From: an uncultured virus (IMG/VR IMGVR_UViG_3300009152_000002)
Taxonomy: Duplodnaviria; Heunggongvirae; Uroviricota; Caudoviricetes
IMG/VR virus record: IMGVR_UViG_3300009152_000002
Length of the DNA stretch: 23,317 bases
Strand: one strand, 5' to 3'
A program made the translations under genes and the position numbers. The notes beneath the pieces were generated by a model. That model saw only the letters and a program-made list of their open reading frames with translations, was not told the DNA's origin and did no database searches. Below are positions 15,908-23,317 of the stretch, piece by piece; within the stretch, counting starts at the first letter, position 1, and each line of letters begins with the position of its first letter.

Positions 15908-17431
15908 CTAATATTCCAACTCAAGCTTACCCCTGGTCATTAACCCGTTGCAGAGCCAAATTAAGGCGTCGACGCAGTCGTCGTGAGAGCTTACGCCAAA
16001 GTTAATGATTTCATCAGTCAGGGCCTGAAACTTTCGATATTTGTTAAACACGAGTTTTCGCTGTTCAAACAGGCCCATAATCCCCCTGAAGCGTGCAACC
16101 TTGTCCCCACGGAACCCTTTGACCGCATGCCAGTTGATATTGTAAAGTCCATGGTCACCAAGGCAGATCCGTTTGAAGTCCGCTTCTAGGGAAGCTTGAT
16201 AGGCGACCGCTTCAGACCAGACATCAATACTACTGGCACCAGCGTGGTACTGGTTTCCGTCTTTGTGAACGATTCCCCACTCGTAACACATCTCCATTAA
16301 AGACTCTAATTTCTCCAGGTTTCCCATGATCCGGATGCGTTTGCAATCAATGATGTGGATCTTGTCTCCAACACGTCCACCAAGGACCATAACTGTGTAA
16401 TCGTTACGTTCCCTGACGCCAGCAGAAAGGTCAACACCAATTCCTAAACAATCAAATTCAGTGGAAATTTGACCTTTGACAATCAAATCTGGTGAGATCG
16501 ATAGCTCACTGGTTTGAACAATTTGGTTTTGATACTGAAAACTGAAACTGATAGGAGCTTGACGACGGCGATCTTGGAGATATTCCAAAGACCACATGTC
16601 AGGCCAGTAAGAAATTTCATCTCCGATAGTGTCAACAGTGATTGCGGATTGAACGATTTGAACCCAGTCATTTACAGGTGTAAAGGTAGTGCTGTGAATG
16701 TCGTCGTGACGAAACCTAGTACCAAGACAGATGGCCCTACCGCCTTCAAACATAGTAGGAACAATAACTGAGTTCCAGTTATCTTCCATCATTTGTCGGA
16801 TGTCACGGTTTTTAATATCGTCAGCACTCTTTACAACGTCATCCAAAATACAAAGGTGTGAACGTTTGGAGGTCACTGCACCTTTAAGACCTGCACAGCA
16901 GATGGTAAATTCTTCTTCACCAGTGGATTTAATTCCTGCAAACTTCCAGTCAATACTCCAATATTCATTGGAGTTGATACCTTTGGCAATCTTCACCATT
17001 GGGAAGATTTCTCTATAAATTTTACTTTCTTCAATAATTCGTTTGATTGCAGCGCTCTTGGGCCGCGCAACATCAACCGTGTAAGAAATATAAAGAATTT
17101 TTAGCGGTTTTTTATGGAGTGCGTGTACTCCAATTGACCAAGCTGTGTATAAACCAAGTACTGTTGATTTTGCTGATCCTCGTGGCGCCAGGATGTCGAT
17201 ATTGGGGCCGCCAATGCCAACTAAACATTCAGTGTTGTCACCGGTACAAAGGTACCGATGCCACTCTTTATGGTGAGCAGCAGGAGGCTTATCTCCAACA
17301 ACATCGCAAAAATAAGCGAAGTCAGTACGAGCCCTTTCAATGTCAATGTTGGAAGTTTTTTTAACAACCTGTTGCTTTGCTGCAGCACGAGCGGTTCTGC
17401 GGTAAACGGAATAAAGACTGGTCCCTGCCAT
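15908..17431 (-). CDS. terL: Terminase large subunit
   Basis: Walker A APRGSAKST, Walker B LCILDD, coupling region LGTRF, nuclease motifs GIGVDLS, NDYTV and HDDCVDAL. Confidence 0.95.
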   Translation of the reverse strand: MAGTSLYSVYRRTARAAAKQQVVKKTSNIDIERARTDFAYFCDVVGDKPPAAHHKEWHRYLCTGDNTECLVGIGGPNIDILAPRGSAKSTVLGLYTAWSIGVHALHKKPLKILYISYTVDVARPKSAAIKRIIEESKIYREIFPMVKIAKGINSNEYWSIDWKFAGIKSTGEEEFTICCAGLKGAVTSKRSHLCILDDVVKSADDIKNRDIRQMMEDNWNSVIVPTMFEGGRAICLGTRFRHDDIHSTTFTPVNDWVQIVQSAITVDTIGDEISYWPDMWSLEYLQDRRRQAPISFSFQYQNQIVQTSELSISPDLIVKGQISTEFDCLGIGVDLSAGVRERNDYTVMVLGGRVGDKIHIIDCKRIRIMGNLEKLESLMEMCYEWGIVHKDGNQYHAGASSIDVWSEAVAYQASLEADFKRICLGDHGLYNINWHAVKGFRGDKVARFRGIMGLFEQRKLVFNKYRKFQALTDEIINFGVSSHDDCVDALIWLCNGLMTRGKLELEY

Positions 17432-17455
17432 GCGCTTACCTTAGCGCACTACACT

Positions 17456-17941
17456 TCAAGACTCTTCTTGCAGGATCTTCGTCCACACAGCCATAGAAGC
17501 TTCTTCAAGCGGACCTTCGATAGGGTCATCACGAAAGATCAACAGCACCTCCCTGAGAGCACGGTCGGCTCCGGCAAGGATCAATCCTTGTTTGTCGGTT
17601 AGGTGCTTTTCATCATTTAATTGTTTAATGGTGCCGCGAAGCTCTTTTTGTAGCATGGCAATACGTGAGGCTCCCATATCTTGTTTGATCATGCCAAGAT
17701 CAATTGCATCACGGAGTTTGGAAATATCTTGCTGCATGGAGTCAATCTCCATTTCCATAATTCCGTTGAAGTTCCTTTTCTTGAACTCTTCTTTAGACCA
17801 CTCATCACACTCCACGATGGATCCTACGTTTCCCAGGAACCGGGAATACAAGTACATCTGAATTGGAGAAGAAGTTTTCTTACAGAAAGCAAGAAAGGAT
17901 TCTCGGTCTTTTTCAGTTAAAGACTGAATCCAGCTCCGCAT
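17456..17941 (-). CDS. Probable terminase small subunit
   Basis: 161 aa, helical/coiled-coil, directly upstream of terL. Confidence 0.5.
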   Translation of the reverse strand: MRSWIQSLTEKDRESFLAFCKKTSSPIQMYLYSRFLGNVGSIVECDEWSKEEFKKRNFNGIMEMEIDSMQQDISKLRDAIDLGMIKQDMGASRIAMLQKELRGTIKQLNDEKHLTDKQGLILAGADRALREVLLIFRDDPIEGPLEEASMAVWTKILQEES

Positions 17942-17945
17942 TGAG

Positions 17946-17978
17946 AAAAAGCGTCAGGTATTTATTGTAACGCTTTTT
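17946..17978 (-). promoter_or_regulatory. Hairpin (AAAAAGCGT...ACGCTTTTT) enclosing a TACAAT -10 box
   Basis: 9-bp inverted repeat ending in a T-run after the 17977 stop; TACAAT at 17964-17969, 22 nt upstream of the ATG at 17941. Confidence 0.55.
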
Positions 17979-18468
17979 ATTCAACAAGTCCTGGTTGTGC
18001 TGAACTGGGCTGTGAGGCGCTAGGGCCACCCATACGGTACGCGTCTTGCGCCCAATCATGCTGCCGACCTGCAACGTAATTCTGCTGCATGTTCTGTTGC
18101 AGATTTGTCTTACGGGTTTCTTTACCTTGCGTTTGGTATCCGAGACGCTGTTGCTCGCCCTGGGTTACAGTTGTCTTGCGGGTTTCTTCCCCAGTGGCGC
18201 CGACAGTGGCACGTTCTTGTTCGCCTTGGGTAGCAAGGGTTGCACGGGTTTCGCCACCAGTGGCTTGAGTTTGGCGGATGTCTTGGGTCGTGAAGAACTC
18301 TTTGTTCTGCTGATCCAATTGAGCGCCAAGTGTCATGTTAAGGCGCGACTGAGCACCGGAGACTTCGTTCAACGCCGTTTGAGTTTGCAATGACTGCGTT
18401 GGCACTGCAACGGGAGCCGGTGCTGCGGGCGGCGGTGGAGCGGGTGCAGGTGAACGTTTCGTACCCAT
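17977..18468 (-). CDS. Hypothetical protein with 11-residue repeats (candidate pilot/ejection protein)
   Basis: 163 aa, Pro-rich N-terminus, five hendecad repeats; TGnTATACT 23 nt upstream. Confidence 0.7.
   Translation of the reverse strand: MGTKRSPAPAPPPPAAPAPVAVPTQSLQTQTALNEVSGAQSRLNMTLGAQLDQQNKEFFTTQDIRQTQATGGETRATLATQGEQERATVGATGEETRKTTVTQGEQQRLGYQTQGKETRKTNLQQNMQQNYVAGRQHDWAQDAYRMGGPSASQPSSAQPGLVE
18100..18264 (-). repeat. Five tandem 11-aa (33-nt) coding repeats
   Basis: ATGGETRATLA / TQGEQERATVG / ATGEETRKTTV / TQGEQQRLGYQ / TQGKETRKTNL; invariant G and R. Confidence 0.85.
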
Positions 18469-18512
18469 GACAGTTTCGGTTCTTAATTAACAGTATAACA
18501 AAAAGATTTAAA

Positions 18513-19052
18513 TTAGGCAGTGCGGAACGTTGTCCCAGCGTAGCCACGAGCAAACTCTTTTGCTGCTAGTGCCTGTGCGGCTGTTGCCCGGTCACGTTCT
18601 GCTTCGGCGCCAGCAGCAGAGGTCATTTGGCTTTGAGCAACTGCATTGCGTGCGGCTTGGGCCGTAGGTGTCTGTTCTTTAGTAAGAAGAAACTGTGTAC
18701 TGGCCGCAAGGTTGCGGGCAGTTGCTTCAGCTGATGCGGCACTCAGATACGGAAACAAATCCGACATCTGTTGGCGAGTTGCTTCGGCACCAAACTTGGC
18801 TTGTGCTTGAGCTTGTTGCAAATAAAGGGGTTGTAACTGTTTTTCAAGTTCAACCTGTGCTTTTATTTTGTCAGCATAATCAGAGGGAAGCGCAGAAACA
18901 GGGGGCAGAGTATATGCAGGTGCCTGGGTTCCGCTAGCATCTGACCCATAACCAGTAGCAGGTTTAAATTTACTGGCATTCAACCAATCTTTTGCAGTCC
19001 CAAAAGAACTAGACCCTGCAGGGTTGAAATAAGGGAAAGAGGAACCAGTCAT
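18513..19052 (-). CDS. Ala/Gln-rich helical protein, candidate internal virion protein
   Basis: 179 aa; TGATG coupling to the upstream gene. Confidence 0.65.
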   Translation of the reverse strand: MTGSSFPYFNPAGSSSFGTAKDWLNASKFKPATGYGSDASGTQAPAYTLPPVSALPSDYADKIKAQVELEKQLQPLYLQQAQAQAKFGAEATRQQMSDLFPYLSAASAEATARNLAASTQFLLTKEQTPTAQAARNAVAQSQMTSAAGAEAERDRATAAQALAAKEFARGYAGTTFRTA

Positions 19053-19831
19053 CAGCTGTACTGATATTGTGCTGCCAATGCGCTGCCCATTTGTGAAGCT
19101 GCGTTAACTCCCATTTGCTGAGAAGCACGGAGACTGCTACGGATCGCATCAGCTTGGGTATCAATATTAGAGCGAATCTGAGCTGCTGCCAGGTTGCGCT
19201 GCATTTCGTCTTTCTTTGCTTGAGACAGTACTGGGTACTGGAGGTTGATCAGTTTTTGCATATTCCTGATCTCAGTGTCCATATCTTTTTCAGATGCCAG
19301 GCGACCAGCGGCAAACGCTTTGTTAGGATCCATGACATCTAAAGATCCCAACTGACGATTAATACCCTGGAGATCGGAAGGAACTGCGGGAACTGGAGTA
19401 AAAGGTCCGGGCTGTGCTGCGCCCAAGCCTGGAACTCCCATTGCACCGCCAGCCCCAAGGGCTGCTTGAGCTGCTCTTCCGGGACCACCGGCTAATCCAG
19501 CGGCAAACCCAGGAATCGCCATTCCAGCAAGGCCAGCAGCTCCGGTGCCTGCAAATTTAGCAAGTTGACCAGCTGTAACGGCTTGTGCCGGTCCAACAAG
19601 TCCTAGGGCTTGGCGTCCGGCTGTAGCTGCTTTTGTTAAGCCGCCTGCTAGAGGGGCAAGCAGCCCTGTACCTTCCAAAACCGTGCCTGCCATGCGACCG
19701 GCACCTGGTACCAAGGCACCCAAGCCGCCGGCAAGTGCAGCCCCGCTAAGGGTCTTGCCCAAATCACCTCCGCTTTGCTGATAAGCTTGGAGACCTCCAA
19801 GAGCAGCGCTACCTAATACCCAGGGCCACAT
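19052..19831 (-). CDS. Gly/Ala-rich protein with hydrophobic N-terminus and C-terminal coiled coil, candidate ejection/pilot protein (RMAG motif)
   Basis: 259 aa; GAGG RBS and TAAAAT 22 nt upstream. Confidence 0.65.
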   Translation of the reverse strand: MWPWVLGSAALGGLQAYQQSGGDLGKTLSGAALAGGLGALVPGAGRMAGTVLEGTGLLAPLAGGLTKAATAGRQALGLVGPAQAVTAGQLAKFAGTGAAGLAGMAIPGFAAGLAGGPGRAAQAALGAGGAMGVPGLGAAQPGPFTPVPAVPSDLQGINRQLGSLDVMDPNKAFAAGRLASEKDMDTEIRNMQKLINLQYPVLSQAKKDEMQRNLAAAQIRSNIDTQADAIRSSLRASQQMGVNAASQMGSALAAQYQYS

Positions 19832-19882
19832 AATTTAAATCCTCTTAGTAGTTATTTTAGTAGAGATAAGCTTTTGTTTTAA

Positions 19883-20431
19883 TTAACCAAATGCTCCGCC
19901 AGCAGCACTACCAAGAGCAGGACCAAGCGCCATACTTGCACCACCAGTTACAGGAGCGAGAGCAATACCAGCCACGGTTCCTAGGATGCCTCCAATAGAA
20001 CTACCTAAGCCGCTCTTTTTCCCTTCAATTACAGTCGGCGATTGTGGGTAAACAATTGTCAAATCACCACTTTGAGAAACACCGCCACCACCACCGCCAG
20101 CAAAGCCACCACCTTGTCCATACCTATTTTGTGCATAAGAACTTAGTTTATCGCCAGCAAAACGAGCAACGTCTCCCCAAGGGGATTGTTTTTTATTCTG
20201 ATTTAAAGTTTTATTGAATCCGTAAGGATCATCACCTTGTGGAATTTTTGACCAATCAGTTGAGGTTGAATTGCTACCTGGAGTGGGGTCTGATCCAGAG
20301 TCCCAATACTTAGACGTATCATTGCCAAAATTAAAATTCCCACCGCTACCGGAAAAACCAGAGCCAAAAGAACTACCGCCGCCGCCGGAAGATCCTGAAG
20401 AGTTAAGCCAACTACTTGTATCAAATCCCAT
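19883..20431 (-). CDS. Gly/Ser-rich protein with C-terminal glycine-zipper hairpin (RFAG motif)
   Basis: 182 aa; ends GLGSSIGGILGTVAGIALAPVTGGASMALGPALGSAAGGAFG. Confidence 0.65.
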   Translation of the reverse strand: MGFDTSSWLNSSGSSGGGGSSFGSGFSGSGGNFNFGNDTSKYWDSGSDPTPGSNSTSTDWSKIPQGDDPYGFNKTLNQNKKQSPWGDVARFAGDKLSSYAQNRYGQGGGFAGGGGGGVSQSGDLTIVYPQSPTVIEGKKSGLGSSIGGILGTVAGIALAPVTGGASMALGPALGSAAGGAFG

Positions 20432-20434
20432 GAT

Positions 20435-21688
20435 TTATTTAATATGAGGAACAAGTTGTTGCCAGCTTTGCGCTTGAGGTTGGCCTAAAGCTGTGCTGGC
20501 TTGCTCCAGGGAGCCATGTTTGTGCCTTAAGTATTCTACAGGGTTTTCTTTTTTAATTCGACGTTCTGCAGATTTTTGAAAGAGTTTTTTTGCAGCATGA
20601 CCAACAGCTGCAGCAGTAACCGCACCAGCAGCCAAAATTGCAGGTTCAGTATATCCACCCAGTTTTTCTGCAATCTGTACCCCTAATCCTTGTTGACCAC
20701 TTATCTTTACGTTAGCAAACCCAGGGTATTGTTTTTGTTCTAAATTGTAATTTCCTTGCACATCTGTTCTTGCCGGTTCAATTTTTAATTTTGGTTCAGC
20801 AGCGTACGTTAACGCTTTAATTGCACCAAGACCAGCAGCTGTTCCCAAAGCAGCACTAGCGGTAATGGGAACACCTTTTAAACGAATCTCAGGATCATTA
20901 AGGCCACGTGCGGTACCGCGAATAACGCCACCAAAAGCAGAAAAAGATTGAGATTCTGGATCAATAATAATGTTTTTTCCGGCTTCCGGTTTTAACGCTT
21001 GATAACGACGGTACTGAACAAACTCAGATGGCGCCACGTCAGGACGTTCTTGTTTGAATTCTTGATAAGGCAGAAGTTGGCTCTTCTGGCCAAGCCCATA
21101 ACGCATAGCTGCTTCCAACGCTGCAGATCTTGTTTTGCGACCGGAGGGGTCTTCTTCTTTGGAAACAGGCGCAACAGCCTTATATCCTTTGGGGCGTAAT
21201 CCTTCGGTGATAGGGCCAATTTGACCGCTCATCGCCCCCAATGCAATCGGAACAGCCGCAGCAACTGCAGCACCAGCAAGCGTCGACTCTAGCCCCAACC
21301 TGGGGCCTACATGTTGGCCTACATCACTCATAAGGCGATGCATGTTTGTGTACTTCCAAATATCTCTACGCGTTGCATTTGTTAATACATCGGCAGGGAC
21401 ACCAGCAACTACAGGTGTTGCGGAGGGAACATTAAATTCTTGTTTATTACCAACGGAAGAATAACTCCCACTGGGGTATACACCTTGTGTTTTTTTAACC
21501 GTTGCTGCTGCTTTTACATTTTTTAGCTGCTCCCCAACCAACTCCGACGTAGTCCCTTGAGTACTCTGATAGTAGCCCCAAGGTCTCCGTTCAATGCTGC
21601 CTTGTAATTTAGAAACAGCCTGCCCAACAAACTGTTGAGCTTTCGTTAAACTGTTTGTTAAGTAATTAGGGTTGGTATTCGGATTCAT
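20435..21688 (-). CDS. Hypothetical protein with three Ala/Gly hydrophobic segments, candidate internal virion protein
   Basis: 417 aa; tiles within 2-3 nt of both neighbours. Confidence 0.7.
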   Translation of the reverse strand: MNPNTNPNYLTNSLTKAQQFVGQAVSKLQGSIERRPWGYYQSTQGTTSELVGEQLKNVKAAATVKKTQGVYPSGSYSSVGNKQEFNVPSATPVVAGVPADVLTNATRRDIWKYTNMHRLMSDVGQHVGPRLGLESTLAGAAVAAAVPIALGAMSGQIGPITEGLRPKGYKAVAPVSKEEDPSGRKTRSAALEAAMRYGLGQKSQLLPYQEFKQERPDVAPSEFVQYRRYQALKPEAGKNIIIDPESQSFSAFGGVIRGTARGLNDPEIRLKGVPITASAALGTAAGLGAIKALTYAAEPKLKIEPARTDVQGNYNLEQKQYPGFANVKISGQQGLGVQIAEKLGGYTEPAILAAGAVTAAAVGHAAKKLFQKSAERRIKKENPVEYLRHKHGSLEQASTALGQPQAQSWQQLVPHIK

Positions 21689-21690
21689 CC

Positions 21691-22257
21691 TTAGTACCGA
21701 ACATTAGGATTTAAAAGATTACGTACGGTTTCTAGTTCTGCGCTAGGATTTTTGTGAACAATCGTTGTCACTGGGCTGTGATAGTTTTTAGCTAAAGCAA
21801 GGTTAATTTCGTTGGTATAACGTTGCTGCTCCTGTGCGGCATGAAACTGCTGAAGCTGTTGTAAATCCTGTCCATAAACCTGTGGCGAATCATTGGTTTC
21901 AGGATCGATAGCTTGTGCTGGGGCCATAGCACGTAAAAGTGAATGCGACCCGACTGCCCCAGTAATTTGGCCCACAGTCTGCGCTGCCGCACCAGGCACT
22001 CCCATGGCAGTCAAACCGCCACTTACTGGTGCAGCAATAGCAGAATGAAGTCCAGTATTTGCAAGTGTTCTTAGCGGACCAACGGCAGGGGTTTGCCCCA
22101 GCAAACGGGGAACTCCTTGAGAAACTGCTGTGCCTAAAGCGGTCTCTGTTGCAATCTGTTTACCCAGTTGCGCTGCAGTCTGCGGGCTACTCAAGTACGC
22201 ACCAAGTTTCTTGCCAGCTAGCCGAATTCCTTGTCCGGCGTTCCCTAAAATACTCAT
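21691..22257 (-). CDS. Ala/Gly/Gln-rich hypothetical protein (RLAG motif)
   Basis: 188 aa; ATGA overlap with the upstream gene. Confidence 0.65.
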   Translation of the reverse strand: MSILGNAGQGIRLAGKKLGAYLSSPQTAAQLGKQIATETALGTAVSQGVPRLLGQTPAVGPLRTLANTGLHSAIAAPVSGGLTAMGVPGAAAQTVGQITGAVGSHSLLRAMAPAQAIDPETNDSPQVYGQDLQQLQQFHAAQEQQRYTNEINLALAKNYHSPVTTIVHKNPSAELETVRNLLNPNVRY

Positions 22258-22724
22258 GATGTCTGCGTGCCCGACGCACCTGGATATCTAATTCTACTAG
22301 CAGCAGTCACATTGCCATCCCCAATTCCTTGTCCAGGTTGTTGGCTTTGAAAAGCTGCAATAGTTTGCTGATTAATTTGTTCTTCTTTAGGAACTAACCC
22401 TCGCTCCCCACCTTGCGTATATTTGGTAAGAAAATCTTTAGCTAATGTCTGATCTCCAGAATTAGAAAAATTTGATTGATCATTAAGAGAATTAATTCTG
22501 TTTTGCGATTCTTCGGCATCTTTTGCCGAAAACACTTTATCGTAAAACTGCTGAGATGGTGGGTTTCTTTTTAGTTGAGAAACAAATTTATTTTTATACG
22601 ACGTAGGGTCGGCGCCAGCAGGAGAATACGGTCCCGTCGTGCCTGCGGCTACACGCGTCCTATTGGGATCGTCACGAACACCTTGATCATCAGGTCCATC
22701 GTATCTTTGGCTAAAAATTGCCAT
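22254..22724 (-). CDS. Hydrophilic hypothetical protein
   Basis: 156 aa; GAGGT RBS at 22732-22736. Confidence 0.65.
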   Translation of the reverse strand: MAIFSQRYDGPDDQGVRDDPNRTRVAAGTTGPYSPAGADPTSYKNKFVSQLKRNPPSQQFYDKVFSAKDAEESQNRINSLNDQSNFSNSGDQTLAKDFLTKYTQGGERGLVPKEEQINQQTIAAFQSQQPGQGIGDGNVTAASRIRYPGASGTQTS

Positions 22725-22736
22725 TTACGTTACCTC

Positions 22737-22937
22737 TTATTTGCCTTTGTGCTTGCGCAGTTTTTTAAGGGTCTTAGCAAGATTTGCCTGACGCACCGTG
22801 GTTTTATCGTACTTGTCTGGATTAGCAGTTACTTTGGCAGCAAATTCAGACGTGGACATTCCCTGCTCTTCCGCTTTCTTTGTAAAAGCACCTGGATGCT
22901 TGATTGCACCTTGAATCCAATTTTTATCTTCTGCCAT
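22737..22937 (-). CDS. Small basic phage protein (WIQxAIKxPGA...ANLAKTLKK type)
   Basis: 66 aa; resembles a small protein type I recall from other phage structural regions; function unknown. Confidence 0.7.
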   Translation of the reverse strand: MAEDKNWIQGAIKHPGAFTKKAEEQGMSTSEFAAKVTANPDKYDKTTVRQANLAKTLKKLRKHKGK

Positions 22938-22996
22938 AACTACTACTGCAAAAAACCTGGTTTACTTAGCTAATCTTAATTTAGCAGAGGCAACTA

Positions 22997-23317
22997 TCAG
23001 AACAATGAAGTCTGACGTGCACTGGCTTTTGCTAGTGCTTTCTGCATAGCAGAACGGAGCTGCTGACCAGGGCGGGTTCCCATGTAACGCTCTGTTGCAA
23101 CTGCTTCCTCCAGTGCTGGCGTGGTGCTAATTTGCGGAGCAAGACCTGCGCCAGGAATAGAAAGCTGTTGCGGTTGAAACTCGCGGGTAGTGCGAACTGG
23201 GCCTGAAGTACCTGGGCTTTCCAATGGGATGGTTTGAGAAGGTGCTAGTCCTTCTCCCCATACGGCTGCATGTAACCGTGCCCGAGCATAAGATTGTTCG
23301 GCTGAAGTTGCCGAACG
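22997..23317 (-). CDS. C-terminal part of a hypothetical protein entering from the right edge
   Basis: The frame of ORF 22997-23224 stays open to the edge (RSATSAEQSYARARLHAAVWGEG...), so the true start is probably outside the window. Confidence 0.65.
   Translation of the reverse strand, partial: RSATSAEQSYARARLHAAVWGEGLAPSQTIPLESPGTSGPVRTTREFQPQQLSIPGAGLAPQISTTPALEEAVATERYMGTRPGQQLRSAMQKALAKASARQTSLF

Noticed and set aside
1..23317. Stop-codon reassignment, tRNA/rRNA genes, introns/inteins or a diversity-generating retroelement
   Set aside because: Genes tile densely in the standard code with all three stops used; intergenic gaps are short and show no cloverleaf; terL, portal and MCP are uninterrupted; no reverse transcriptase or TR/VR pair seen.

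Overview
A 23.3-kb piece of a tailed dsDNA phage (or prophage) virion-morphogenesis region. Every credible gene is on the minus strand, in the standard code. Read in transcription order (right to left) it holds: a block of Ala/Gly/Gln-rich proteins resembling internal virion or ejection proteins; small and large terminase; an AbrB-type regulator; portal; a putative scaffold; a HEXXH peptidase bracketed by a duplicated promoter/terminator element; small Gln-rich proteins; major capsid protein; a probable decoration protein; an HhH (ComEA-like) protein; a possible head-completion protein; two peptidoglycan hydrolases; small basic proteins; tail-associated beta-repeat proteins (one with a split SWIM-like Zn motif); and a tail fibre with a peptidase S74 chaperone domain that runs off the left edge. 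A cyanobacterial host is only a weak impression. The most unusual signals are: (1) an R-[M/L/F]-A-G peptide shared by seven otherwise unrelated proteins; (2) a 530-nt dual-coding overlap between the portal C-terminus and the scaffold N-terminus; (3) two unrelated wall hydrolases with the same ~55-aa C-terminal module; (4) a peptidase gene flanked by a 34-bp direct repeat that combines a -10 box and a terminator; (5) -10-like hexamers 21-23 nt upstream of many start codons. All functional calls come from motif recognition by eye; no searches were run.
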